A stretch of DNA of 64,000 nucleotides from an uncultured Enterobacterales bacterium (lineage in GTDB: Bacteria > Myxococcota_A > UBA796 > UBA2385): NCBI GenBank assembly GCA_964464515.1, contig CAYXGP010000001.1, positions 69,984 to 133,983 on the forward strand, in the 5' to 3' direction. The notes below the pieces were generated by a model. It had not been told where the DNA came from and searched no databases. It saw only the letters and a list, made by a program, of their open reading frames with translations. Shown here piece by piece: positions 9,560-18,322 of this stretch (positions within the stretch are counted from its first letter, which is position 1; each line of letters opens with the position of its first letter). Made by a program: the position numbers and the translations under genes.

Positions 9560-10414
9560 TCAAGCAGCCGGGGCGTACTCCGCCACGACGCGCCCCGCGC
9601 CCTGGCGCAGGACCTCCGTGAGCAGCGCGCGGGTGAGGGTGTGCCCCGGTAGCTCGGCCTCGAAGCGCCCCCGAACCGCCGCACCGATGAGCGCCAGATC
9701 GCCCATCATATCAAGGATCTTGTGCCTGACCGGCTCGTCGGGGTGGCGTAGCCCCTCGGGGTTGAGCACCCCCTCGGGGCCATAGACCACCGCGTTCTCC
9801 AGCGAGCCGCCCTGGATCAATCCCCGCGCGCGCAGGCCTTCCACATCTCGCTCGAACCCGAACGTGCGGGCCCAGGCAATCTCACGACGGAAGGAGCCGT
9901 TCTCCAGGGCCACGTCGTACCGCTGCTCGCCGATTTGTGGGTGGGGGAAGCGGATGCAGGCGGCGATCTCCAGACGCTCGCAAGGAGAGAGCCGCGCTCG
10001 GCGGGGTCCGAGGTGCACCTCGACGGTCCGCTCGATGACCAGAACGCGCCGCGGCGCAGCCTGGGCCTGACGTCCCGCTCTCACCAGCAGCCTCACCCAC
10101 TCCCTCGCGCTGCCATCCAGGACCGGGACTTCATCCCCATCCACCCGGATCTCGGCGTTGTCGATGCCCATCCCGCAGAGCGCCGCCAGCAGATGCTCGA
10201 CCGTTCCGATCCGCCACGCTCCGTTACCGATCGAGGTCGCCAGCTCCGTCGAGTGGATCGCGTCGATCTGGGTGCGGACCTTCCCGGGCCGATCGCTGCG
10301 CGAGAACAGGAGCCCTGTGTCCTGGGATGCAGGGAGCAGCTCCACGCCGACCGGCTGACCTGTGTGGAGGCCGACACCCTGCACTGACACCGGCTGCTCG
10401 ATCGTGTGCTGCAC
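9560..10414 (-). CDS. lpxC: UDP-3-O-acyl-N-acetylglucosamine deacetylase
   Basis: GVGLHTG, TVEHLLAAL, VPVLDGS, ARTFGF, HKILDMMGDL. Confidence 0.96.
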   Translation of the reverse strand: MQHTIEQPVSVQGVGLHTGQPVGVELLPASQDTGLLFSRSDRPGKVRTQIDAIHSTELATSIGNGAWRIGTVEHLLAALCGMGIDNAEIRVDGDEVPVLDGSAREWVRLLVRAGRQAQAAPRRVLVIERTVEVHLGPRRARLSPCERLEIAACIRFPHPQIGEQRYDVALENGSFRREIAWARTFGFERDVEGLRARGLIQGGSLENAVVYGPEGVLNPEGLRHPDEPVRHKILDMMGDLALIGAAVRGRFEAELPGHTLTRALLTEVLRQGAGRVVAEYAPAA

Positions 10415-10503
10415 GCTTCATCACCCTCGCGAGGCAGTGGCAACATAGCCGCGCGATCGGCGATGGGCTGAAGCTGTTCCAGGTTTCTGTTCAACACGGC
10501 CCA

Positions 10504-10684
10504 GCGGGAACCGCTCAAGTCAACTCTGCGGGAACCGCTCAAGTTAACTCTGCGGGAACCGCTCAAGTCAACTCTGCGGGAACCGCTCAAGTTAACTCTG
10601 CGGGAACCGCTCGACCTGACTCTGCGGGGCCCCCTCGACCTGACCCTGCGGGGACCGCTCGACCCGACCCTGCGGGGACCGCTC
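10504..10684. repeat. 24-bp tandem array, about 7.5 copies, consensus GCGGGAACCGCTCAAGTYAACTCT decaying toward the right
   Basis: Units start at 10504, 10528, 10552, 10576, 10600, 10624, 10648 and 10672; no unique spacers. Confidence 0.95.
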
Positions 10685-11138
10685 ACTCCGCGATCGGTAG
10701 ACCATCCAGGCGCTGTCCGGTCGTCACGCCGTGCTGCTCGAACCAGCCCTGGTTGACCTCGAGCGCGAACCGCACCGCGTGTCGAGACGGCACCGGGGTG
10801 ACGTCGAGCGGCTGCATGTCTGCGATGTGGACGATGAGTCCGGTGGCATCTAAATAGGCGATGCTGAGCGGGAGCGGTGTGTTCTTCATCCAGAAGCTCC
10901 GCTCCCGCTCGTCGGGGTAGATGAACAGCATCGCTGCGTCCGCACCCAACTCCTCGCGAAACATGAGCCCCATCTGCCGCTCCAAGGGGTCATCGGCGAC
11001 CTCGGCGTCGAGAGCATGCGCGCCGATCTGAAGTGGGATCCGCGGAAGGGAGGCCTGCGCCTCCTGCGGGCTCAGGGGTCCCTCCGCGCCTGCCATCCCG
11101 ACCAGAAACAGGGGGCCAGCAACAAGGGATCCGATCAA
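10683..11138 (-). CDS. DUF192 domain protein
   Basis: EVADDPLERQMGLMFR, MLFIY, FWMKNTPLPLSIAYLD, ALEVNQGWF. Confidence 0.92.
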   Translation of the reverse strand: MIGSLVAGPLFLVGMAGAEGPLSPQEAQASLPRIPLQIGAHALDAEVADDPLERQMGLMFREELGADAAMLFIYPDERERSFWMKNTPLPLSIAYLDATGLIVHIADMQPLDVTPVPSRHAVRFALEVNQGWFEQHGVTTGQRLDGLPIAE

Positions 11139-12199
11139 AACAGCCCCTGCTGGTTGGTCCTGCCAGCGACATCGACGCCCAGGTGCTCCGCGCCGAGCGC
11201 GGTGATCATCCGCCCCTGCGGTGTACGCTGGAGAAACCCCTGACGGATCAGGAAGGGCTCCACCACCTCCTCGATGACGTCTCGCTCCTCGCCGATCGCG
11301 GTAGCCAGTGTGTTCACTCCGACCGGACCCCCGCCGAATTTGTCTACGACGGTGTGCAGCAGACGGAGATCCATCCCGTCGAGCCCTGCGTGGTCGATGC
11401 CGAGCTGCTCCAACGTCAGCCGCACGATCGGTAGATCGATGCGCCCATCCCCCTTCACCTGGGCGAAGTCTCGGGTGCGTCGGAGCAGGCGGTTGGCGAC
11501 CCGCGGCGTACCCCGCGAGCGCTGCGCCAGCTCAAGAGCCGCCTCGCTCGAGGTCTCCAGGCGCATCCGGACGGCGCTGCGCCGGATGATCTCTGCGAGG
11601 GGCTCGATCGGGTAGAAGTCGAAGTTGAACTGGATGGGGAAGCGCGCCTTCAAGGGCTTGGTGAGCAGGCCCGCGCGGGTGGTGGCGCCGATCAGTGTGA
11701 AGCGCTTGAGCGCCAGGCTGAGTGTATGTGCGCCCGCCCCCTCACCCAGCACCATGTCGATGCGGAAGTCCTCCATCGCCGGATAGAGCACCTCCTCCAC
11801 TGCTCGGCTCAGGCGATGGATCTCGTCAATGAACAGCACATCACGCTCATTCAGGCTGTTCAGGATGGTGGCGAGATCGCCCCCACGCTCGATGACCGGC
11901 CCGGACGACGGGCGGATATCCACGCCCAGTTCCTCGGCGATGATGTGCGCCAGAGAGGTCTTTCCCAGCCCTGGCGGCCCGGCCAGCAGCACATGGTCGA
12001 GCGCCTCCCCGCGCATCTTGGCGGCCTGGATGTAGACCCGCAGGTTACGAACCACCTGTTCCTGGCCGATGTACTCGTCGAGGTTTTGGGGCCGGAGCGC
12101 GGGGTCTTCTGTGGTGATCGCGACCGGGTCGACGATGCGGGGATGATCAGGGGGATCTTGGTGGTTGGGGGGATTGGGGGGCATCAGAACCTCGCTCAA
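11135..12199 (-). CDS. ruvB: Holliday junction branch migration helicase RuvB
   Basis: LRPQNLDEYIGQ, GPPGLGKTSLA, FIDEIHRL, GATTRAG, RGTPRVANRLL, EPFL...RTPQGR. Confidence 0.98.
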   Translation of the reverse strand: MSEVLMPPNPPNHQDPPDHPRIVDPVAITTEDPALRPQNLDEYIGQEQVVRNLRVYIQAAKMRGEALDHVLLAGPPGLGKTSLAHIIAEELGVDIRPSSGPVIERGGDLATILNSLNERDVLFIDEIHRLSRAVEEVLYPAMEDFRIDMVLGEGAGAHTLSLALKRFTLIGATTRAGLLTKPLKARFPIQFNFDFYPIEPLAEIIRRSAVRMRLETSSEAALELAQRSRGTPRVANRLLRRTRDFAQVKGDGRIDLPIVRLTLEQLGIDHAGLDGMDLRLLHTVVDKFGGGPVGVNTLATAIGEERDVIEEVVEPFLIRQGFLQRTPQGRMITALGAEHLGVDVAGRTNQQGLF

Positions 12200-12783
12200 A
12201 ACCGCGCCTGGACGCGGAGGGCCCAGCTCAGCCGCTGCTCCAGCGACACCTCATCAGGGGGCGGAATGTCATCGGAGGCCAGCACGCGATCGATCTCGCT
12301 CTTGCGGTAGCCGAGCTGCGCCAGCGCCAAGATGAGGGGATCGGGTGCACGACGAGCCGGTGCCGAGGCGACGACACCGAAACGCTGAGGCAGCTTGTTC
12401 TTCAGCTCGAGCACCATGCGGCTGGCAGTCTTCTTGCCCACTCCCCGGACCCGCGTGAGGGCTGCAGTGTTCTCGGAGGCGATGGCCTGCACCAGCTCGC
12501 CGAGCGGGAGCTGCCCGAGCAGCGCCAGACCGAGCTGTGGACCGATGCCGCTCACTCCGCGGATCTGCTCGAAGGCGTCGCGCTCAATAGGTGTGGGGAA
12601 GCCGAACAACGTGATGGCATCTTCTCGCACCGACGTGGAGATGTGCAGGGTGGCTTGCTCTCCGATGCTGAGCGCCTCCAGCGCCCGGGCGGGCATGCTG
12701 ACGCGATAGCCGACGCCAGAGACGTCGATCACAACATAATCAGCGTCCTTCAACGCCACCTGTCCTCGGAGGAGTGCGATCAT
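12196..12783 (-). CDS. ruvA: Holliday junction branch migration protein RuvA
   Basis: GVGYRV, VREDAITLFGF, VSGIGP, GVGKKTASRMVLELK; overlaps ruvB start. Confidence 0.96.
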   Translation of the reverse strand: MIALLRGQVALKDADYVVIDVSGVGYRVSMPARALEALSIGEQATLHISTSVREDAITLFGFPTPIERDAFEQIRGVSGIGPQLGLALLGQLPLGELVQAIASENTAALTRVRGVGKKTASRMVLELKNKLPQRFGVVASAPARRAPDPLILALAQLGYRKSEIDRVLASDDIPPPDEVSLEQRLSWALRVQARF

Positions 12784-12810
12784 CCCTCACACCCTAACGC
12801 TCCCTCATTC

Positions 12811-12849
12811 GTTCAGGGGATTTATTATCAGTTCAGACATTTTATGTCC
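12811..12849 (-). promoter_or_regulatory. Putative internal ruvAB promoter with overlapping palindrome
   Basis: Minus strand CGGACA-N16-TAATAA; palindrome GACAT-TT-ATGTC at 12836-12847; GTTCAG at 12811 and 12831; local AT-rich island. Confidence 0.4.
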
Positions 12850-12856
12850 GGACCAC

Positions 12857-13354
12857 TCATGCTCTGAGCCCTGTCAGGCGCTGCTCCATCGCCCCCCGAA
12901 TCAGGTGGGTCATCGCGATGGCTGCGGCGTCGGCGGCGTCTGCCGGAAGCGGCCGTTCCAGCCCTAGCAAGCGGGCCGACAGGCGCACCATCTCGGCCTT
13001 TCCGGCGCGGCCATGGCCGCCGATGGTCTTCTTGACGGTGGATGTGTTGTAGTCGGTGACCGGCAACCCGGCCTGAGCAGCCGCCAGCAGCGCGACCCCG
13101 CGGGCCTGCCCCAGCCGCAGCGCGCTCTCCGACGAGCGGTGCCGAAAGATGGCCTCGATCGCCACCGCGTCAGGCTCCGCGCAGCGGAGCGCCTCCACCA
13201 GCCCGCCATAGATGGTGTTCAGGCGCAGCGGGATGGGATCGGACGAGCGCGTGCGGATGACGCCGGCCGCCTCCAATACGAAGGCACCGCGGCGACGGCG
13301 AACGACGGCGAAGCCCGTAGCGACGCTGCCCGGATCGATGCCGAAGACAAGCAC
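12857..13354 (-). CDS. ruvC: Crossover junction endodeoxyribonuclease RuvC
   Basis: GIDPG, VAIEAIF, LGQARGV, GRAGK, DAADAAAIA. Confidence 0.96.
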   Translation of the reverse strand: MLVFGIDPGSVATGFAVVRRRRGAFVLEAAGVIRTRSSDPIPLRLNTIYGGLVEALRCAEPDAVAIEAIFRHRSSESALRLGQARGVALLAAAQAGLPVTDYNTSTVKKTIGGHGRAGKAEMVRLSARLLGLERPLPADAADAAAIAMTHLIRGAMEQRLTGLRA

Positions 13355-13357
13355 AGA

Positions 13358-13400
13358 AGTCTGGGGAGAAAGGGGAGAGGAGTCTGGGGAGAGGGGGAGG
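13358..13400 (+). repeat. Imperfect 23-bp G-rich tandem duplication forming a G4 motif just upstream of ruvC
   Basis: AGTCTGGGGAGA at 13358 and 13381; G runs at 13363-66, 13372-75, 13386-89 and 13393-97. Confidence 0.7.
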
Positions 13401-13622
13401 AATTTCAGGATACCCTACTGGCGCCAACCGGGGTTCCCAGGAGCGTCCCCGCTGGGTTCCGGTACCCACGACAGCGGGCCGGGGGAGGCCACTACAGTGG
13501 CCTTTGGGGGCGGCGCCCCCACACAAGAAGGCTGGGGGAGCGGGGATCGCGCAGCGAGCCCGGCGGCGCGCAGCGCCGCTGGCAGAGGTGATGCACGGGT
13601 GCATCATCTCCGCCGCGGGCCA

Positions 13623-14369
13623 TCAGCTGTCCTGGAAGCGGGCGAGATCGCTCTGCGAGAACTCGGCGTTGTGGTGGATGTGCTGAACATCCTCACAATT
13701 GTCCAGGCGCTCCAGCATGCGCAGCAGGCGCTGAGCATCGCCCCCCGCCACCGCGACCCGATTGCCGGGGATCCACATGACCTCCGCGCTTCCGATCGTG
13801 AGCCCGCTGTCGCGCAGCGCCTCATGCACAGCGTCGAATTCCTCGGGGGAGGTGATCACCTCAAACCCGTCATCCTCGGTGGTGACATCTTCGGCGCCAG
13901 CCTCCAGGGCCGCCTCCATCACCGTGTCCTCGTCGCAGCCGGTCACCAGCACGACCCCGAGCCGCTGGAACAGGTACCCCACGCAGCCGGTGGTCCCGAG
14001 GTTCCCGCCACCCTTGGCGAACGCATGCCGGACCTCGGAGGCCGCGCGGTTGCGGTTGTCGGTGAGCACCTCGCACATCACCGCCACGCCACCAGGGCCG
14101 TAGCCCTCCATCGACAGCGACTCGTAGTTGGCGCCCTCGATGTTGCCGGTAGCGCGGTCTACGGCGCGCTGGATGTTGTCCTTGGGCATGGACTTGCCGC
14201 GGGCCTTCTCGATCGCCAGACGGAGGCGCGGGTTGGAGGCTGGATCGCCGCCCTTCAGCCGCGCGGCCACCATGATCTCCTTCGTGAGCTTGGTGAACAG
14301 CTTGCTCCGCGCCTTGTCCTGGGCGCCCTTGCGAACGGCGATGTTGGCCGAGTGGCTGTGACCCGCCAT
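13623..14369 (-). CDS. yebC: YebC/PmpR family protein
   Basis: MAGHSHSANI, FTKLTKEI, NPRLRLAI, YEG-like MEGYGPGGVA, TDNRNR; classic yebC-ruvCAB synteny; ATG 14369. Confidence 0.95.
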   Translation of the reverse strand: MAGHSHSANIAVRKGAQDKARSKLFTKLTKEIMVAARLKGGDPASNPRLRLAIEKARGKSMPKDNIQRAVDRATGNIEGANYESLSMEGYGPGGVAVMCEVLTDNRNRAASEVRHAFAKGGGNLGTTGCVGYLFQRLGVVLVTGCDEDTVMEAALEAGAEDVTTEDDGFEVITSPEEFDAVHEALRDSGLTIGSAEVMWIPGNRVAVAGGDAQRLLRMLERLDNCEDVQHIHHNAEFSQSDLARFQDS

Positions 14370-14395
14370 GGTTCCTCCCGAATCGAGGGCTGGCG

Positions 14396-15352
14396 CTAAC
14401 CCGTTTCTCCGATCTGCAGGACATCGCCCGCGCCATAGAACACCGCGCGGCGGTGCTCGCCGGCTGGCACGGTGACGCCGTCCCAGACCACGCACTCGGT
14501 GATCGAGGAACCCTGCGGAACGACCGCCCTGGCGCCGATGACCGAGCGCGTCGCGGAACCACGGAGGGTCGCGCCGACCCCGACCCAGCAGCCGTCCCCG
14601 CCCGTCGTGCCGCGCGTCCAGGGATCGACCGGAGCATGCAGAGAACCCGAGAGCAGCGCCAGGTTGGCCTCGAGGTAGGCCGCGGGCGTGCCGATGTCGA
14701 ACCACGCGCCGGTGTGGGAGATGGACTGCACCCTCCCCACGCCGACGAGCTGCCGATACCCCGTCCGCACGATGCACTGGAGACCCTCCGGTGGGACCAT
14801 CTCCAGCGCTGAGCGGCTGAGCACGTGTACGCCGGTGAAGTGCGTCCCCGGGATCCCCCCGACGCCCGGAACCACCGACGTGATGCGCACCACGCGCCCG
14901 TCGGCGTTCGCCTCCACCGGGCCGATCCGCTCCGCGTTCGGGTCGGAGCGCAGCGCCATCGCCGCGCCGTCTTGGGGACAGGCCGCCACGAGCGCTGTGA
15001 GATCGACGTCGCTCAGCACGTCTGCGTTCACCACCACGAAGCGCTCTGCGAGGCGCTCCCGCGCCGCGCGCAGCCCGCCGCCCGTACCCAGGATCTCGGG
15101 CAGCTCCACCTGCAATTCCACGCCCTCGGCCTCGGCCCAGGCGGCCACCTGCTCCCACAGATGGTGGGCGTTCACCAGGACGCGAGTGTGCCCGTGGGCA
15201 CGCACATGCGCCAGCGCATGATCGAGCATCGGCACGCCGCAGACCGGCAGGAGCGGCTTCGGGCGCACGGCGGTCAGCGGCCGCAGGCGGGTCCCGTACC
15301 CGGCGGCGAGCAGGAATGCGGTGCAGTGCTGCGGATTGGATGCGGTATTCAT
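14396..15352 (-). CDS. Nucleotidyltransferase family protein (NDP-sugar synthase / MurU-like)
   Basis: LLAAGYGTRLRPLT, PKPLLPV, LGTGGG, VVNADV, WFDIGTP; short C-terminal beta-helix-like region. Confidence 0.88.
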   Translation of the reverse strand: MNTASNPQHCTAFLLAAGYGTRLRPLTAVRPKPLLPVCGVPMLDHALAHVRAHGHTRVLVNAHHLWEQVAAWAEAEGVELQVELPEILGTGGGLRAARERLAERFVVVNADVLSDVDLTALVAACPQDGAAMALRSDPNAERIGPVEANADGRVVRITSVVPGVGGIPGTHFTGVHVLSRSALEMVPPEGLQCIVRTGYRQLVGVGRVQSISHTGAWFDIGTPAAYLEANLALLSGSLHAPVDPWTRGTTGGDGCWVGVGATLRGSATRSVIGARAVVPQGSSITECVVWDGVTVPAGEHRRAVFYGAGDVLQIGETG

Positions 15353-15384
15353 GGGACACTTCCCGTTCGGTTTGAGGAGATACC

Positions 15385-17205
15385 GTGCCCGTCCCTCCCG
15401 CGCCCGCCGCATCCGCACCCCTGACGATCCCCCGGATCCTGCTGGAGCGGGCCGAGCGCGACTCTGAGCGCATAGCGTTCTACGTCCCCACTGAGATGGA
15501 TCGCTTCGGCGGGGGGAGAGCGGCGCCGGAGCACCCCGGGTGGTCGGCCTATACCTTCGGCGATTGCATGGCGCAGCTCGGCGGGCTGGTGCGGCGCGCC
15601 CACAGCCTGGGAGTGGATCGGGGCGTACCGGTCGCCATCCTTGCGCAGACCTCCCATATGTGGTCGGCGTGTGATCTGGCCACGCTCGTGCTGGGCGGGA
15701 TCACCGTGGGCATCTACCCCTCGCTCACCGCCGAGCAGGTGGCCTTCCAGCTCCGCCACTCGCGCGCCCGGCTGCTGATCGTCGAAGATCGAGCCCAAGC
15801 CGAGAAGATCGCACCGCTGCTGCCAACGCTCCCCGACCTCGAGCGGGTGCTGGCGATGGACCCGGACGCCGGCGTGCCGCCGCTGACGCCCGCCGCAGAC
15901 GATCCGGCGTTCCTGCGGGAGCGCGCCGAGATGGTCCAGCCCGACGACATCGCCACCTACGTCTACACATCCGGGACCACCGGGGATCCGAAGGCTGTGA
16001 TGCTGACGCATCGCAACTTCTGCACGATCGTCGCCGGCTCGCGCGTGGCGTTGCCCACGCGACCCGGAGACCGCTCCGTGGTGTTCCTCCCGCTGGCCCA
16101 CTCCCTCCAGCGATTTGCGCTCTACCGCGGACTAGGAGAGAACACCGTCGGATACTACGCCCCCTCGATCGCCGCGCTTCCCCAGACGCTGAAGGTGGCG
16201 CGACCGCATGTGCTGGCGAGCGTGCCGAGGATGCTGGAGAAGATCAAATCGACCGCCGAGACCCGCGCCAGCGAGCGCGGAGAGAGAGCGCGCCGAGCGC
16301 TGGACTGGGCGGTGGGCATCGGTCGGTCTGTGCGGGCCCACGAGCGCGCCGGGGAGCGCCCGCCGGTGGGGCTACGGCTCCAGCACCGACTCGCCGAGCG
16401 GCTGGTCTACCGGCGGGTGCGCGAGGCCATGGGCGGCGAGCTGCGCATGTTCATCAGCGGCGGCGCCGCGCTCCCGCTCGACGTGGGCGAGTGGTTCGAG
16501 GCGATCGGCATCCAGGTCCGCGAAGGCTGGGGGCTCACCGAGACCTCCGCGCCCGCCACCACCAACCGCGAAGACCGCTGCAAGCCCGGCACCGTCGGGC
16601 TCCCCCTCCCCGGGGTGGAGGTGCGGGTGGCGGAGGACGGTGAGCTGCTGGTGCGCGGCCCAGGCAACTTCGTGGGCTACCTCGACGACGAAGAAGCCAC
16701 CCGAGCGGCGTTCACCGAGGACGGCTTCTTCCGCACGGGTGACATCGGCAGCATCGACGCCGACGGCTTCGTGCGCATCCTCGATCGCAAGAAGGCGCTG
16801 ATCGTCACGGCTGGCGGCAAGAACATCGCGCCGGTGCCCATCGAGGCGCGGGTGACCGGGGGGCTGGTCGGACACGCGGTGGTCATCGGCAGCGAACGCC
16901 CCTACCTGGTGGCGGTGCTGGCGCCCGAGCCCGAGGCGCTGGCGGAGCTGGCAGCGCGGCGCGGCTGGCCGGGAGACGCCGCGGCGTGGTCTCAGCAGGA
17001 CGAGGTCCGCGCGCAGATGCAGGCGCGGGTGGACGCCGCCAACGCCGATCTCGCTCGGTTCCAGACGATCAAGAGGTTCGCGGTGCTGCCCGTCCCGCTG
17101 ACGATCGAGACAGGAGAGCTGACGCCCACGCTGAAGCTCAAGCGGCGGGTGATCGTCGAGCGCTACGCAGACGTCATCGACGAGCTGTACGCGGTCACTC
17201 GCTGA
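15385..17205 (+). CDS. Long-chain fatty acid-CoA ligase (AMP-binding)
   Basis: YTSGTTGDPKAVMLTH, EGWGLTE, RTGDIG, DRKK...GGKNIAP, TPTLKLKR. Confidence 0.93.
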   Translation: MPVPPAPAASAPLTIPRILLERAERDSERIAFYVPTEMDRFGGGRAAPEHPGWSAYTFGDCMAQLGGLVRRAHSLGVDRGVPVAILAQTSHMWSACDLATLVLGGITVGIYPSLTAEQVAFQLRHSRARLLIVEDRAQAEKIAPLLPTLPDLERVLAMDPDAGVPPLTPAADDPAFLRERAEMVQPDDIATYVYTSGTTGDPKAVMLTHRNFCTIVAGSRVALPTRPGDRSVVFLPLAHSLQRFALYRGLGENTVGYYAPSIAALPQTLKVARPHVLASVPRMLEKIKSTAETRASERGERARRALDWAVGIGRSVRAHERAGERPPVGLRLQHRLAERLVYRRVREAMGGELRMFISGGAALPLDVGEWFEAIGIQVREGWGLTETSAPATTNREDRCKPGTVGLPLPGVEVRVAEDGELLVRGPGNFVGYLDDEEATRAAFTEDGFFRTGDIGSIDADGFVRILDRKKALIVTAGGKNIAPVPIEARVTGGLVGHAVVIGSERPYLVAVLAPEPEALAELAARRGWPGDAAAWSQQDEVRAQMQARVDAANADLARFQTIKRFAVLPVPLTIETGELTPTLKLKRRVIVERYADVIDELYAVTR

Positions 17206-18253
17206 CCGCGCCCGACCCGGCCTCTGTTGAGTCGACGTCGATCACACCTGCTGGGGGCTCGGATTCGTCGCGCCCCCGCAGCTTCGACCACGTGCTGCTG
17301 GCGCGATCGGCCACGCCCTCTCCGGCGCTGCGCACCCAGCGCCCCAGATCTTCGGCGGAGGTGCGGACCTCGTCGGTGTAGGCCCCCACCGACTCACGCC
17401 ACCAGCTCACCCGCTCGGGATCGTCTCTGCGCAGCGGGTAGTCACCACTCAGGATGCGCGCGAAGTCACCCCGAGCGATCCAACGCTCCACCTCGCCGAG
17501 CCGCTGGACCGGGAACGGGTGACTGCGCCCCAACAGCACCAGCGTCTTGATCACGCTGTCCACCGCGCTGCTGTCCTCCTCGTAGGCCCTCGCCTGCTCC
17601 TGAAACGCCGGCACGCTCGCGCCAGCGCCGGTGCCCCCGGCAACCCGCAGAAGGTAGGCGCGCATCGCGGCGGGGTCCTGGACCGCCAGGAGTGATGCCC
17701 GGTCGGCGGACAGCTCGCTCTTGCGATCCCACTCCAGCATGGCGCCGACCACCGCGAGCATCGCGATGCCGGTCAGCGGCATGCGCGTCACCAGACTGCC
17801 CCCGCGAAGGACGATCTTCAGCATCGTCTTGTACAGGACGTGATCGCTGAGCACATGCCCCAGCTCTCGGCCCAGCAGGACCGAGAGCTCACGCTCAGGC
17901 AGCACCTGCACGGAGAGCTGCGAGAGCACGATGAACGGCGCGTCCATGCCCACAGCGCCCGCGCCCATCACCGGGTTCGCGGCGATGTACAGCGGAAAGC
18001 GCTCGGGCGCGTCCAGGCGCTCCAGCAGCCTGCCGTACATCGCGTCGATCTTCGGGAACTGCCTCGGGCCGACCTCGACGGCGCTGCCCCGGGTGATCAG
18101 CCGCAGCGGCCGCTCGCTGACGAGGCCCATCACCTTGCGGATCAGCGCGTCGAAGCCGGGGACCTTGCGCAGCGCCTCCAGCGCATCGCGATCGGCCGGG
18201 TGCTCCCAGGCCCGGGAGGAGATTCCAGGGAGGCGGACAGGCCCGTCAGACAC
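17195..18253 (-). CDS. M48 family metallopeptidase homolog with degenerate zinc motif (RELGH)
   Basis: AWEHPADR, GRELGH, WDRKSELSADR, SHPFPVQR; GTG 18253 after GGAG. Confidence 0.85.
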   Translation of the reverse strand: MSDGPVRLPGISSRAWEHPADRDALEALRKVPGFDALIRKVMGLVSERPLRLITRGSAVEVGPRQFPKIDAMYGRLLERLDAPERFPLYIAANPVMGAGAVGMDAPFIVLSQLSVQVLPERELSVLLGRELGHVLSDHVLYKTMLKIVLRGGSLVTRMPLTGIAMLAVVGAMLEWDRKSELSADRASLLAVQDPAAMRAYLLRVAGGTGAGASVPAFQEQARAYEEDSSAVDSVIKTLVLLGRSHPFPVQRLGEVERWIARGDFARILSGDYPLRRDDPERVSWWRESVGAYTDEVRTSAEDLGRWVRSAGEGVADRASSTWSKLRGRDESEPPAGVIDVDSTEAGSGAVSE

Positions 18254-18261
18254 GCACGCTC

Positions 18262-18280
18262 CATTGTTCAGGCATTGTTC
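18262..18280. promoter_or_regulatory. 8-bp direct repeat CATTGTTC with 11-bp period upstream of the M48 gene
   Basis: Copies at 18262-18269 and 18273-18280. Confidence 0.35.
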
Positions 18281-18322
18281 GGGTGCAGCCACTATTCGGG
18301 TACAGGGGCGGGCCGTGGCGGC

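Noticed and set aside
10504-10684. CRISPR array
   Set aside because: Units abut with no unique spacers and there are no cas genes; it is a tandem repeat.
10093-10686. Real Arg/Ser-rich protein encoded across the repeat array
   Set aside because: It overlaps lpxC out of frame for over 300 nt, and a 24-bp repeat keeps frames open by itself; mentioned only as a possibility.
12801-12836. Canonical Myxococcus LexA box
   Set aside because: Only the GTTCAG half sites are present; the left halves do not fit CTRHAM. Kept only as a candidate novel operator.
13355-13622. tRNA, SRP, 6S or tmRNA gene in the yebC-ruvC spacer
   Set aside because: No cloverleaf with a T-loop GTTCRA, no SRP GGAA loop motif and no tmRNA termini seen.
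14370-15473. N-terminal extension of yebC (616-aa ORF)
   Set aside because: Out-of-frame overlap with the nucleotidyltransferase; yebC starts at MAGHS (14369).
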